Positions 1-10,752 are shown, counted from the first letter of the stretch. The stretch is DNA of 64,000 bases from Nostoc sp. DedSLP01 (GCA_034530875.2 JAVRCJ020000001.1:1-64000); one strand, 5' to 3'. The notes: generated from the sequence alone by a model not told the origin. Program-made: numbers and translations.

Positions 1-77
1 CGATCGCGCTTGAGCCAGTCGTCTACTACGTCAAACCACCCTCTTGTACTTGGGGCGCGTCCAACTGCGATGGTCAT
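1..77 (-). CDS. psbD: Photosystem II D2 protein, 5' end (runs off the window)
   Basis: The reverse strand from the ATG at 77 reads [25 protein letters not shown], the D2 N-terminus. It is divergent from ycf4. Not in the ORF track. Confidence 0.95.
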   Translation of the reverse strand, partial: MTIAVGRAPSTRGWFDVVDDWLKRD

Positions 78-453
78 CGGACTAAAATCCTCTTTTTTTA
101 CTAAAATTGCAACGTTTTTGAACCAGCGCCGCCTTACTTAAAGCTCTTGCTTTCTTGGGCGACTACCGTGAGGAATTAACGTTTTTTTTTGACAATCTCA
201 ACAGCCTAAAAGGAACTGAGATTCTGAGAGCTAGCTGTCTACTAAAGTCAGCATTTCTCAGGGCTATGCCATTACACGTACCACTGCGTAGTAACCTAGC
301 TTGTGGTAACTTAATGATTCTTAACTTATCACATTAGTTCGGTTTTGGCCAGACACACGCAAGCGAATCGGGTATTCAACACGAACGTATATTAATAATA
401 TGAATATCAGAAATTTTACAATTTGACACAAGTTTTCTCAGAAATCTAAACAA

Positions 454-612
454 TTGGGGTTGGGAATTGGGCATGGGGGAAGCAGGAGGTGTGGGTGGAT
501 GGGGAAAAAATCTTTCCCCTCTCACTCCCACATTCCCTATCTCCCCTGCTCCTCTGCTCCCCACACTTCCCACACTTCCCTATCTCTCCATCTCCCCATC
601 TCCCATGCCCGA
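454..612. repeat. Composite STRR-type short tandem repeat (G-rich arm followed by C-rich arm)
   Basis: ggggttgggaattgggcatgggg... followed by ccccacacttcccacacttccc/ctccccatctccc units. Confidence 0.8.
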
Positions 613-690
613 TGCCCTAATCCAGTTGCAAGATATCCCGATTAAATGGCAGACTCTTAAAGAGAGTATCTCACAGGCCAAGGTAGTTCA

Positions 691-1260
691 ATGACGGCAT
701 CAACAACGATTAACAAAGGCGATCGCCTGCTGCATCAAAACGTTCTCGGTTCTCGTCGGTTTAGCAACTACTGGTGGGCAACTATCGTTACCTTGGGAGC
801 AACAGGCTTTTTACTGGCTGGCATATCCAGTTACCTAAAAGTTAATTTACTCATAGTTACCGATCCAACTCAACTTGTATTTGTCCCTCAAGGATTGGTA
901 ATGGGATTGTATGGTACCGCTGGCTTATTACTAGCTACATACCTGTGGTTAGTGATTTTATGGGATGTAGGAGGCGGTTACAACGAATTCGATCGCGAAA
1001 CCAGCACATTCAAAATATTTCGTTGGGGATTTCCCGGCAAAAACCGCCGTATTGAAATTGACGGACGGATAGAAGACATACAATCTATCAGAATCACGGT
1101 CAAAGAAGGTGTTAATCCCCGTCGCTCGCTCTATCTCCGCGTTAAAGGCCGGCGAGATATACCCTTAACACGGGTTGGACAACCTGTATCCTTAACAGAG
1201 TTGGAAACAGAAGGCGCAAAGTTAGCCCGGTTTTTAGGAGTATCGCTAGAAGGGCTTTAG
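691..1260 (+). CDS. ycf4: Photosystem I assembly protein Ycf4
   Basis: GSRRFSNYWWA, FVPQGLVMGLYG, WDVGGGYNEFD and FRWGFPGKNR motifs. Confidence 0.97.
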   Translation: MTASTTINKGDRLLHQNVLGSRRFSNYWWATIVTLGATGFLLAGISSYLKVNLLIVTDPTQLVFVPQGLVMGLYGTAGLLLATYLWLVILWDVGGGYNEFDRETSTFKIFRWGFPGKNRRIEIDGRIEDIQSIRITVKEGVNPRRSLYLRVKGRRDIPLTRVGQPVSLTELETEGAKLARFLGVSLEGL

Positions 1261-1368
1261 GGAATTGGGGAGTAGGGAGTAGGGAGTGGAAAGTTAGAAC
1301 TGGCGACTAGAGAAAAGTTTTTTGGATACCCAATCCCTATTCCCTATTCCCTACTCCCCACTCCCCTC
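1261..1368. repeat. STRR heptamer inverted cluster
   Basis: ggggagtagggagtagggagtgg ... ccctattccctattccctactccccactcccc. Confidence 0.75.
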
Positions 1369-1408
1369 TTGAAACGATAAGATACTTAAGTTGAATCAGT
1401 AACTAGCA

Positions 1409-2221
1409 ATGCGGTTGAAAATTTCACAATTTTTGCTTTCTCTTGCGATCGCCAGTGCCTTGATGTTGGGAAGTTGCTCAACACAACAAGTCGCTTCTAA
1501 TACTTCTTCTGCAACATCGACAGCTACCTCGACTGCAAGCGAGGGAGGCGTCAAGACAACTACTGAAGCAACATCTGTATCTCAAACTACTAATGAAAGT
1601 GTTCCGGGAATCGCAAATTTACCAAGGCTCGACGGTAAGGCAACTGTTGTACTTACAGTTAAAGGTTCGCCAATTACTATCGAAGTAGACGGTACTAACG
1701 CCCCAATTACAGCTGGTAACTTTGTCGATTTAGTGCAAAAGGGCGTTTATAATGGCTTATCTTTCCACAGGGTTGAGCGCGGAACTCCCGACAAACCTCA
1801 GCCGTTTGTAGTTCAAGGTGGCGATCCTCAAAGTAAAGATCCCAATTTTCCAGCAGATCGATTGGGAACAGGTAGTTATGTCGATCCAAAAACCGGAAAT
1901 ATTCGCTACATACCTTTAGAAATCAAACCAAAAGGTTTAAATACGCTGGTTTATAATAAACCATTTGATGCTACTGCTCAACCTGTTGTATTACCTCATA
2001 AGCAAGGTGCAGTAGCAATGGCACGATCGCAACAACCAGATTCCGCTTCTTCACAGTTTTATTTTGCTCTAGCAGATATCGGATTCCTCGATGGTAACTA
2101 TGCCGTGTTTGGCTATGTCACTCAAGGCTTCGATGTAATCAACAAAATTCAGCAAGGCGATCGCATCGAGTCTGCCAAAGTTACCCAAGGAGCAGAAAAT
2201 CTGAAAGTGCCAGGGCAGTAG
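1409..2221 (+). CDS. Cyclophilin-type peptidyl-prolyl cis-trans isomerase, probable lipoprotein
   Basis: [37 protein letters not shown] and LDGNYAVFG motifs; signal peptide with a lipobox-like LGSC. Confidence 0.92.
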   Translation: MRLKISQFLLSLAIASALMLGSCSTQQVASNTSSATSTATSTASEGGVKTTTEATSVSQTTNESVPGIANLPRLDGKATVVLTVKGSPITIEVDGTNAPITAGNFVDLVQKGVYNGLSFHRVERGTPDKPQPFVVQGGDPQSKDPNFPADRLGTGSYVDPKTGNIRYIPLEIKPKGLNTLVYNKPFDATAQPVVLPHKQGAVAMARSQQPDSASSQFYFALADIGFLDGNYAVFGYVTQGFDVINKIQQGDRIESAKVTQGAENLKVPGQ

Positions 2222-2299
2222 GAGGATAGGGAGCAGAGGGGCAGAGGAGCAGAGGGGACAATAATAAACTCCTCATTTTAAACTCCTGGTTCCAAATCT

Positions 2300-3466
2300 G
2301 TGAAAGTAGTTGTTACTGGTATTGGTCTTGTTTGCGCGTTAGGCGAAAGCTTAGAAATTAGCTGGCAAAAGTTGTTAGCAGGTAAATCTGGAATTAAATT
2401 GCATCAACCATTTCCAGAACTTAGACCGTTTCCTCTGGGTTTGATTGGTCAACAACCAACTGAGTTGGCAAAATTAACTCAGCTGGTTGTTGCTTCTGCT
2501 TTGGAAGATGCTGGCTTAGTTCCACCTTTAGCTGATTGTGCTGTAGTAATTGGCTCAAGTCGCTCTTTTCAAGCATCTTGGGAAGTCCTGATTCGGCAGA
2601 TGTATCAAGACGCAAAAAATTTCTCCTCATCCCCGCGTCCTCCTGTTTTTGCTTCCTATCTGGAAAATTGGCTGGATACTTTACCTCATACAAACGCGAT
2701 CGCCACTGCGCGACAAATTGGTGGATCTGGCATAGTTTTGGCACCAATGGCAGCTTGTGCTACTGGAATTTTATCTATTGCCCAAGCAGCTTTACTGATA
2801 CAAACTGGGCAATGTCAAAGAGCGATCGCAGGCGCAGTGGAAGCACCAATCACGCCTTTGACTTTGGCAGGATTTGATCAGATGGGCGCTTTGGCAAAAA
2901 CTGGGGCTTACCCTTTTGACGTGCATCGGGAAGGCTTAGTTTTAGGCGAAGGTGCAGCTGTGTTTGTCTTGGAATCAGCAGAGTTGGCAAAACAGCGTCA
3001 AGCAAAAGTTTATGGTAAAATTCTCGGTTTCGGCTTAACTAACGACGCACATCATACGACTTCACCACAACCTCAGGGAAAAAGTGCGATCGCTGCTATT
3101 AAACAATGTCTCGAACGCAGCTATTTATCGCCAGCCGACATCAATTACATTCATGCTCATGGTACAGCTACCCAGCTCAATGACCAGATGGAGAGTATGG
3201 TAATCCAGCGTTTGTTTCCCCAAGGCGTGGCAGTTAGTTCTACTAAAGGAAGCTCAGGCCATACGTTAGGAGCATCTGGAGCTTTAGGCGTAGCTTTTTC
3301 TTTGATGGCTTTAAAGCATCAAATTTTACCACCTTGTGTAGGATTGCAGCAGTCAGAGTTTAATTTAGATTTAGTTACAGCAGCGCGTATCAGTAAAATT
3401 AGCCATGTCTTATGTTTGAGTTTTGGCTTCGGCGGACAGAATGCAGCGATCGCTTTAGCAAATTGA
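2300..3466 (+). CDS. Beta-ketoacyl-ACP synthase family protein (FabF-like)
   Basis: VVVTGIG, AACATG (Cys), LGEGAA, HAHGTAT and GHTLGASG (Cys-His-His triad), SFGFGGQN; GTG start. Confidence 0.9.
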   Translation: MKVVVTGIGLVCALGESLEISWQKLLAGKSGIKLHQPFPELRPFPLGLIGQQPTELAKLTQLVVASALEDAGLVPPLADCAVVIGSSRSFQASWEVLIRQMYQDAKNFSSSPRPPVFASYLENWLDTLPHTNAIATARQIGGSGIVLAPMAACATGILSIAQAALLIQTGQCQRAIAGAVEAPITPLTLAGFDQMGALAKTGAYPFDVHREGLVLGEGAAVFVLESAELAKQRQAKVYGKILGFGLTNDAHHTTSPQPQGKSAIAAIKQCLERSYLSPADINYIHAHGTATQLNDQMESMVIQRLFPQGVAVSSTKGSSGHTLGASGALGVAFSLMALKHQILPPCVGLQQSEFNLDLVTAARISKISHVLCLSFGFGGQNAAIALAN

Positions 3467-3510
3467 TTGTCATTTATCTCAAACTTAATGCATATCTATC
3501 TACATAAAAC

Positions 3511-3526
3511 TGTAACAAAAACTACA
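3511..3526 (+). promoter_or_regulatory. Putative NtcA binding site upstream of gdhA
   Basis: TGTAACAAAAACTACA matches TGTA-N8-TACA, about 90 bp upstream of the start codon. Confidence 0.6.
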
Positions 3527-3612
3527 AAAATCCTATTTTTTTAAAAAACAGGCTAAGCTAGGCAATATATGAAATCCGGTTATGGAATAGACCAGGATTA
3601 GGAGAAAATTTT

Positions 3613-4902
3613 ATGAGTTTAGCATCTGCGTTGCCGTTGGAAGCTGCTTCTCCAGCGCATATTTGTCCGTTCGATCAAGCTTGTAGTTACTTGGAAGCTG
3701 CGGCTAAGGAATTAAGGTTAGACCAAGGATTGTTGGAAATTCTTAGCCGTCCGCGCAAAGTAGTAACTGTTTCGGTTCCTGTGAAATTAGATAATGGGGA
3801 CATACAAGTTCTCGCTGGGCATCGGGTGCAGCACTCTGACGTTTTAGGCCCATATAAAGGCGGAATTCGTTATCATCCGGCTGTGACATTGCGGGAAGTT
3901 TCGGCTTTGGCAATGCTAATGACTTGGAAATGTGCGCTGTTGGGTATTCCTTACGGTGGCGGTAAAGGTGGTATTGCGATCGATCCGAAACGTTATAGTG
4001 TTAGCGAACTAGAACGCATCAGCCGTCGTTATATCAGCGAGTTGATTAAAGATATCGGGCCTTCCGTTGATATTCCCGCGCCAGATATGGGTACCTCTGC
4101 TCGGGAAATGGCTTGGATGATGGATACCTACTCTGTAAATGTCGGTCATGCTGTACCAGGGGTTGTGACTGGCAAGCCAATTTCTGTTGGTGGTTCCAGG
4201 GGACGCGAAATGGCAACTGGACGCGGAGCGATGATTGTTGTACGTGAGGCGCTAGCAGACCAAGGTAAATCCTTGGCGGGAGTGCGAGTAGTTATTCAAG
4301 GTTTCGGTAATGTTGGCGCTGCCGCAGCTGAATTACTATACCAAGCCGGAGCGAAAATTATCGCTGTTTCTACAAGTGCTGGGGGAGTATTTTCCCAAGA
4401 GGGTCTTGATATTCCCAGTTTAAAAGTCTACGCTGCCGAAAATCACAAGAGTATCGTGGGTTTTCCCGGAGCAGAAACAATTAGTAATGCAGATTTATTA
4501 ACTTTGCCTTGTGATGTCCTGATACCAGCAGCTTTGGAGAACCAAATTTCTGAAGAAAATGTGCATCAGGTGCAAGCGCAGATTGTCGCGGAAGCAGCTA
4601 ACGGCCCTGTGACTCTTGAGGCTAGCTTGGCTTTAGAGGCGCGGGGTGTAACGGTGCTACCAGATATTTTGGCCAATGCTGGTGGTGTTGTGGTGAGTTA
4701 CTTGGAATGGGTACAGGGTCTTTCTTACGTATTTTGGGACGAGGAACGCGTCAACCGCGAAATGGAACATTTGATGGTGCAAGCTTACCGCCAAGTGATT
4801 CAACAGTCGAAGAAGCGGCAAGTATCTTTGAGATTAGCAGCTTATACGCTGGGGGTTGGTAGAGTGGCTCAAGCACTCAATGATAGGGGTCTTTATCCTT
4901 AG
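3613..4902 (+). CDS. gdhA: Glu/Leu/Phe/Val dehydrogenase (glutamate dehydrogenase)
   Basis: GPYKGGIRYHP, MTWKCA, GGGKGG, DIPAPDMGT, IQGFGNVG and EAANGP motifs. Confidence 0.9.
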   Translation: MSLASALPLEAASPAHICPFDQACSYLEAAAKELRLDQGLLEILSRPRKVVTVSVPVKLDNGDIQVLAGHRVQHSDVLGPYKGGIRYHPAVTLREVSALAMLMTWKCALLGIPYGGGKGGIAIDPKRYSVSELERISRRYISELIKDIGPSVDIPAPDMGTSAREMAWMMDTYSVNVGHAVPGVVTGKPISVGGSRGREMATGRGAMIVVREALADQGKSLAGVRVVIQGFGNVGAAAAELLYQAGAKIIAVSTSAGGVFSQEGLDIPSLKVYAAENHKSIVGFPGAETISNADLLTLPCDVLIPAALENQISEENVHQVQAQIVAEAANGPVTLEASLALEARGVTVLPDILANAGGVVVSYLEWVQGLSYVFWDEERVNREMEHLMVQAYRQVIQQSKKRQVSLRLAAYTLGVGRVAQALNDRGLYP

Positions 4903-4935
4903 GACTTCTTGCACAAGGAGGGAAAGGCTAAGAAA

Positions 4936-5042
4936 CGGTGTTGCTGAATTGCGTTATGAATAGATACGTAGAGACGTTGCATTGCAACGTCTCTACAAGG
5001 ATTTTGATATCATACACAATCGTTTTCATACATGAAATCAGC
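4936..5042. mobile_element. MITE-like repeat containing a GTAG hairpin (gtagagacgttgcattgcaacgtctctac, 4968-4996)
   Basis: Near-identical sequence at 58725-58804; ends ggtgttgctgaatt...aaatcagc are inverted. Confidence 0.7.
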
Positions 5043-5170
5043 CAAGATCCGCGTTACCCCACCCCAATTTTGTCTAAAGCCAAAATCGCCCCTCCCCTTG
5101 CCAAGGGGAGGGGTTGGGGGTGGGGTAAAATGCCTGTGGGATAAGTGTTTGAGCTTAAGTTGACACTAAT
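5043..5170. mobile_element. Truncated MITE, same family as 56046-56237
   Basis: Shares accccacccc..cccctccccttNNcaaggggaggg..ggggtaaaa..gggataag..ttaagttgac with the 56 kb copy; only the right TIR is present. Confidence 0.75.
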
Positions 5171-5219
5171 ACACAGCTGTGTACCCTACTTTGATGATTT
5201 TAACTTTTGCGTAGCGGTA

Positions 5220-6710
5220 CTAGACACCCGCAGCTTCAGGAGTTCGATTCAACATTGAAGGATCGATGGAAATGCCTAATTTTTCAGCTATACGCATACC
5301 GTAGGAAACATCTGCTCTAAAAAAGTGGCAAAGTTGACGCATCTGGATGTCTTGCCTTGCTTGACTGAGACTACCAACGATATTTTGCACGAGGCGTTCT
5401 TGCTGTTCGGGAGTCATTAAGCGATAGAGGTCGCCTGCTTGAGTATAATCGTCGTTTGCTTGACGATGGTCATAGCGATCGACGGTGGTATCTCCCAAAT
5501 GGCTGGGTGGCTCTGCATAAGCTGGATTTTGTTTAGGCGCACCTTCAACACTATTCGGTTCGTAATTAGGGGCGCTACCGCCGTTATTTCCCAAGGCCAT
5601 GAAGCCATCTCGCTGGTAGTGCATGACTGGACATTTAGGCTGGTTGACAGGTAGTTGTTGATAGTTACCGCCCAAACGATAGCGTTGAGCATCTGGGTAA
5701 GAAAAGATGCGAGCTTGCAAAACTTTGTCTGGTGAGAAACTCACGCCAGGAACTACTGCGCTAGGACTAAAAGCGGCTTGTTCGACTTCGGCGAAATAAT
5801 TCTCGGGGTTACGATTTAGCTCTAATATCCCGACTTCGATTAAAGGATATTCTGAGTGTTTCCAGACTTTTGTCAAATCAAAGGGATTATCTCGATGTTT
5901 TGAGGCTTGCTCCTCAGTCATCACTTGAATACACATCCGCCATTTGGGATAATCGCCTTGAGCGATCGCTTCAAATAAATCCCGAGTTGCACGATCGGGA
6001 TCTTCTCCTTTAATTTTGATGGATTCTTCCTCTGTCAAGGTTTGATGGCCTTGTAAAGTCTTAAAGTGAAATTTACACCAAATGCGATCGCCCTGAGCAT
6101 TAATCAAGCTAAAGGTATGGCTACCAAAGCCGTCCATGTGTCGGTAGGTTTTTGGAATTCCCCTGTCTGAAAACAAAATCGTTACTTGGTGCAGCGATTC
6201 GGGACTCAGCGACCAAAAATCCCATTTTGCATTGTGTTCTTTATAATTCGTTTGGGGATTTCGCTTTTGGGTATGGATAAAATCAGGAAACTTTAGGGGG
6301 TCGCGGATGAAGAAAATCGGAGTATTGTTACCTACGAGATCCCAGTTACCCTCTTCGGTGTAAAACTTGACGGCAAAACCTCTGGGGTCGCGCTCTGCAT
6401 CTGCTGAACCCTTTTCTCCGCCAACTGTCGAAAAGCGCAATAAAACTTCTGTTTTCTTGCCAATCTCAGAAAAAAGTTTGGCTTTCGTGTAGCGAGTAAT
6501 ATCATTAGTTACCGTAAAAGTACCAAAAGCAGCCGCACCTTTGGCATGGACAACTCTTTCCGGAATGCGTTCTCTGTTGAAGTGAGCCAGCTTTTCTATG
6601 AGGTGAAAATCCTGCATTAATACAGGGCCGCGTGCCCCCGCAGTTAGTGAGTTTTGGTTATCGGCAACAGGGATACCGTCAGCAGTTGTCAAGTTGTGGG
6701 ATTCAGTCAT
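5220..6710 (-). CDS. katA: Monofunctional heme catalase, small-subunit type
   Basis: [15 protein letters not shown] distal His motif, [21 protein letters not shown] proximal Tyr motif. Confidence 0.93.
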   Translation of the reverse strand: MTESHNLTTADGIPVADNQNSLTAGARGPVLMQDFHLIEKLAHFNRERIPERVVHAKGAAAFGTFTVTNDITRYTKAKLFSEIGKKTEVLLRFSTVGGEKGSADAERDPRGFAVKFYTEEGNWDLVGNNTPIFFIRDPLKFPDFIHTQKRNPQTNYKEHNAKWDFWSLSPESLHQVTILFSDRGIPKTYRHMDGFGSHTFSLINAQGDRIWCKFHFKTLQGHQTLTEEESIKIKGEDPDRATRDLFEAIAQGDYPKWRMCIQVMTEEQASKHRDNPFDLTKVWKHSEYPLIEVGILELNRNPENYFAEVEQAAFSPSAVVPGVSFSPDKVLQARIFSYPDAQRYRLGGNYQQLPVNQPKCPVMHYQRDGFMALGNNGGSAPNYEPNSVEGAPKQNPAYAEPPSHLGDTTVDRYDHRQANDDYTQAGDLYRLMTPEQQERLVQNIVGSLSQARQDIQMRQLCHFFRADVSYGMRIAEKLGISIDPSMLNRTPEAAGV

Positions 6711-6799
6711 AGGTAAATAAGTTCTCCGTCCAGTTACTCAAATTTTCCGCAGTACATTTTAGTCAGTAGATACACAAATACCTGCTGAATATAATTACC

Positions 6800-6856
6800 T
6801 AATTCATAGTCATTACGAGTTTATAAATAAAGCATACTCGAAATGACTATGAATTA
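6800..6856. promoter_or_regulatory. 21-bp inverted repeat between eboF and catalase (operator pair or terminator)
   Basis: taattcatagtcattacgagt-N15-actcgaaatgactatgaatta; arms match at 20/21 positions. Confidence 0.5.
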
Positions 6857-6971
6857 CAAGGGCTTTTTTTGGTATTTTTGGGAGTAATATTTAGGACTGA
6901 TATAAAAATCCGGCTTGATTTTGGAATTCAGGCGTTATGGCACAATCACCTGAGCAGAATTTCCCCACTGA

Positions 6972-8348
6972 CTACTGCTGATTTAAATGTTTGAGAATCA
7001 ACGAGCAAACATCTGTGGCTTCAATGATGTTTGTATCAATAAGGTGAGTTTGATGGGTGATAAAGAGAGGCCCTTCATCGCTAGAAGTGGTAATGTGACC
7101 GTGAGAACCACGTACTAGAGAAGCATCTAGAGGAATCACATCCATGAGGTAGCGGAAACCAAGTTGTTTCTTTAGCAGCTTGAGAGCGATTTTTCCTTGA
7201 GGAAACTTAATTTGCGGATCTAAGAAAAGTTCTACAGGGTCGTAACCAGGTTTGCGGTGAATATCTACAGTTCTAGCAAAATCAGGGGCTTTGTTATCAT
7301 CTAGCCAGTAATAATAGGTAAACCAAGCATCAGGTTGAGCGATCGCTACTAACTCTCCCGATCTGGGATGATTGAGATGGTAGGCTTGTTTACCTTGTTC
7401 GTCTAATACTTCGGCTACGCCTTCAGTGGCTTCTAAAAGCGATCGCACTTTTGGGATGTAGGCTTCATCATTAATATATATATGAGCAATTTGGTGATCG
7501 GCTACAGCAAAGGCAATACTAGCACCAAAATCTAACAATTCTCGTCCTAATTCTTCCCGTACAGCAATTAGATTATTTTTCCTGAATATGCGGTTTAAAT
7601 CTACAGCTTTGTTAACTGGAGTAATGCCATACTCAGAAAGAATAATTACTTGAGTATTTCGTGCTTGAAAATATTCAATTAAATCGCCACAAACAGCATC
7701 GATTTCTTGTAAATCTCCTTGGATGCGTTTTTCATCGCGACCAAATTTTTGCAAACAATAATCTAAATGTGGTAAGTAAACTAGCGATAGTGTCGGGCTA
7801 TAGCGTTCTTCAATCCATTTAGCAGAATTGGCAATCCATTGACTAGAATTAATTGAAGTTTTCGGCCCCCAAAAATCAAATAAAGGGAATTGACCTAAAT
7901 CTGATTGAATTGGCGATCGCACATCGCTAGGCTGGGTATAAATATCAGGTAATTTTCTGCCATCTGCGGGATACATTGGACGAGGTGTAATGGCATAATC
8001 TACCGTAGAATACATGTTGTACCACCAAAAAAGGTTGGCACAAGTAAAGTTTGGATCGATTGATTTAGCTATTTCCCAAACTTTAGGAGCCTGCACTAAT
8101 TTATTAGATTGTCGCCAAAATTTTACTTCACATTCATCTCGAAAATACCAACCATTAGCGACGATTCCATGTTCGTTAGGTAATTTTCCTGTTAAATAAG
8201 TAGCTTGAACAGAACAAGTTACAGCAGGTAAGACTGTTTTGATTGCAGATACTTGACCTTTAGCAGCCCAAGCAGATAAAAACGGCGTGTTTTTTCCCAG
8301 TAAGCTAGGTGTTAACCCTACAACGTTTAGAATAACTGTTTTTTTCAT
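6972..8348 (-). CDS. eboF: EboF, alkaline phosphatase / nucleotide pyrophosphatase family
   Basis: LPAVTCSVQATYLTG, YLPHLDY, SEYG, DHQIAH and HRKPGYDP motifs; position in the ebo cluster. Confidence 0.88.
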   Translation of the reverse strand: MKKTVILNVVGLTPSLLGKNTPFLSAWAAKGQVSAIKTVLPAVTCSVQATYLTGKLPNEHGIVANGWYFRDECEVKFWRQSNKLVQAPKVWEIAKSIDPNFTCANLFWWYNMYSTVDYAITPRPMYPADGRKLPDIYTQPSDVRSPIQSDLGQFPLFDFWGPKTSINSSQWIANSAKWIEERYSPTLSLVYLPHLDYCLQKFGRDEKRIQGDLQEIDAVCGDLIEYFQARNTQVIILSEYGITPVNKAVDLNRIFRKNNLIAVREELGRELLDFGASIAFAVADHQIAHIYINDEAYIPKVRSLLEATEGVAEVLDEQGKQAYHLNHPRSGELVAIAQPDAWFTYYYWLDDNKAPDFARTVDIHRKPGYDPVELFLDPQIKFPQGKIALKLLKKQLGFRYLMDVIPLDASLVRGSHGHITTSSDEGPLFITHQTHLIDTNIIEATDVCSLILKHLNQQ

Positions 8349-8376
8349 CAATTAAATTCCTTAAAACTTTAAGAGT

Positions 8377-9642
8377 TTAAACCTCAAAATATTCTGAATT
8401 CAGAATTCTGGGTTCTGAATTCTTACCTAGTTCTTTTAAAACCCAGCCATATTCTCGCTCAATAGAAGTCAGCAAATCTATTTTCATATCTGCTGGCAAT
8501 ACATCCCACGTATAAGTCTCAATTTCTAGATGCGAACAAGCATGATTTGTTTGAAGTAGATGTAAAACAGTGGCGATATCATCTTGTGTAGACTGCAAAA
8601 TTTGATAATCACGAATAAAAATTGGGACGTGGAAGTGAGTACGCCATTCTTCAGCTAGAGATTCTTCTAGATGTGGTAATGCAGCGATGAGATCGGGATA
8701 GTGATATAGCGTACCATCGCTACGGCGTTCGATAACTTGGTGAAGATAAGTAGACTCTGCAAAAGGACGTAAGCGTTCAACTATCAAACTACGTTTCTCA
8801 ACTTCAGCCGGAATTTTTACTTGAATTGCCGCACTAATTTGAACCTTGCCTATTTTAATTCCTGCTGATTGCAAACGCTTAAATACAGAATGTGGCTGCT
8901 CGTATTCAACTGAAAAATGGCAGGTATCATAACAAAGGCGAACGTGTTCTAGCAATTTAGTCTCAGCTAAACTTGGTTCAATATTTAATTTTTGAGATAA
9001 ATAATTACCACCAATTGGTAGCAACCAATCTTGAAAAAACTCAATTACTTCTGAAGTATTTTCAATTAATCCATCTGGCTCAGGTTCTAAATCTATATGA
9101 AGTAATTTCCCTGTTTTTTCCCAAATACGAATCATTTCTGCAACAGCTGATGCTAGATGAAAACAGCTATTTTTCAAAACTGTCTCAAAGTTTGCTTGGT
9201 CTTTTTGCCACCAAGGTTTATACGATAACGGAAGCGTAGAAATTCCACCATCGAGTCCTAGAGGTAATAGAGTTGCTAAAATTTGTGTCAGATTTAATGT
9301 GTAATTTAGTCGTTCTTCTGTAGACCAATCTGGTGCATAAACTTGGTCTTTTACCACCTGCCGATGGAATCCACCGTAAGGAAATCCATTTAAAGTAAAA
9401 ACATATAAATCTTGTTTGCTTAACCAATCTTTGAATTGAGGTAAGTTGTTACCTTCTAAAAGTTCTTTGGCAGATGTATCTGCTAATCTCAAACCAATAC
9501 CGAAAGGTTCTGTCGGTGACAAACGTGATTTAAGTTCGGGAATATATTGCTGTAAATTTGCAAACACTTCTATCCAAGTTTCGCCGGGATGAATGTTACT
9601 GCAATAAGTTAAGTGAAAGTTGTTATTTTTAGCAATTTTCAT
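8377..9642 (-). CDS. eboE: EboE, TIM-barrel (xylose-isomerase-like) metabolite traffic protein
   Basis: LTYCSNIHPGE, TLNGFPYGGFH..VKDQVYAPDW, EPEPDG, WRTHFHVP and EIETYTW motifs. Confidence 0.92.
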   Translation of the reverse strand: MKIAKNNNFHLTYCSNIHPGETWIEVFANLQQYIPELKSRLSPTEPFGIGLRLADTSAKELLEGNNLPQFKDWLSKQDLYVFTLNGFPYGGFHRQVVKDQVYAPDWSTEERLNYTLNLTQILATLLPLGLDGGISTLPLSYKPWWQKDQANFETVLKNSCFHLASAVAEMIRIWEKTGKLLHIDLEPEPDGLIENTSEVIEFFQDWLLPIGGNYLSQKLNIEPSLAETKLLEHVRLCYDTCHFSVEYEQPHSVFKRLQSAGIKIGKVQISAAIQVKIPAEVEKRSLIVERLRPFAESTYLHQVIERRSDGTLYHYPDLIAALPHLEESLAEEWRTHFHVPIFIRDYQILQSTQDDIATVLHLLQTNHACSHLEIETYTWDVLPADMKIDLLTSIEREYGWVLKELGKNSEPRILNSEYFEV

Positions 9643-9664
9643 TTTCTGGTTCCTCTGTTATTTA

Positions 9665-9721
9665 TTTGCACGCAGAGACGCAGAGAGAAGTCGGAGCGGC
9701 GGCTTCCGCCGATCTGAACTT
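9665..9721. repeat. Small dispersed repeat (57 bp); second copy lies inside a CDS at 28103-28159
   Basis: 52/57 identity to the reverse complement of 28103-28159; central GC hairpin. Confidence 0.85.
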
Positions 9722-9819
9722 CGGTGGGCGCGGAGAGGTTTTTGAAATTCTATAATAATTGTAAAATATTCTACATCACTCAATCTTTCTCTCTGCGACT
9801 CTGGGCCTGGAGTGTGAGC

Positions 9820-10752
9820 TTAAGTAACCGCAAATAATTGCGCTAATTTCATAGAAATTGGCAATAAAATTAGGACTGCTAAACCGTAATACAAACCAGC
9901 AAAACCAGATGCAACTGTTGCATCTAAGACGATTAAAGACAACACGCCTATTTTTACAGCACTACGAATATTTTCTGCTAATGGTTCCCGTGCAGCTTTG
10001 ACAAAATTAGGTAGCACTCGGATAGCTAGAAAAACTGCAAATGGGAATGCTGCGATCGCTGTATACTCTGGTAAAATTCCTAATGCTAAAACTGCCGTTA
10101 AAACTATTGCAATCAGAACTAGTGCTAGTACTCCGGTAATCTTCTTTCCTCCGCGAACTTCACCCTGACTAATTGCAGTGATAGCAGCAATATAAATAAC
10201 AGGAATCACTGCTAAATACCAACGTTCTTCTATGATTCCTGGGACAGCACTTACACCCAATAATAAGTTACTGCCACGGCATAAACCCATATTCAACGGG
10301 CCAAAAAAAGGATGATGTTTTGCAATGGAATTATACAGCAGTGTAGAGAGAGTGATGAAGATAGCGATCGCCCCACTCAACCAAGACACTTGAAAAGCTG
10401 CTGCAATGCCGATTGCGAATAATATACTGCCCAACAAAGTAGCATTTTGCAGTGGCACGCGACCGCTAGGAATTGCTCTATTTGGTCGCTCTTTGGCATC
10501 TAATTCAGCATCAAAAACATCATTAAAAACAATACCGCCGCCATATAAACCAGTTGTTGCTAATAACAACCAAGCTAATGGAATTAGATTCGCCAAAGTT
10601 GCTTCGCCATTGATGACTCGAGCAAAAATAATCGCAGAACCAGAAGCAGCAAAGCCAACCAAAATATCCGCCCAAGCCGTAACAATATTAGCCGGACGCA
10701 TCAATTCCAAATAACCCCGCCAGTTTTGAAAATTCAAGTTAGCAACATTCAC
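9820..10752 (-). CDS. eboC: EboC, UbiA-like prenyltransferase
   Basis: LMRPANIVTAWAD, NDVFDAELDAKERPNRAIPSG Asp-rich motif, multiple TM helices. Confidence 0.92.
   Translation of the reverse strand: MNVANLNFQNWRGYLELMRPANIVTAWADILVGFAASGSAIIFARVINGEATLANLIPLAWLLLATTGLYGGGIVFNDVFDAELDAKERPNRAIPSGRVPLQNATLLGSILFAIGIAAAFQVSWLSGAIAIFITLSTLLYNSIAKHHPFFGPLNMGLCRGSNLLLGVSAVPGIIEERWYLAVIPVIYIAAITAISQGEVRGGKKITGVLALVLIAIVLTAVLALGILPEYTAIAAFPFAVFLAIRVLPNFVKAAREPLAENIRSAVKIGVLSLIVLDATVASGFAGLYYGLAVLILLPISMKLAQLFAVT

Noticed and set aside
376..694. Short ORFs between psbD and ycf4
   Set aside because: Translations of STRR DNA in a divergent promoter region
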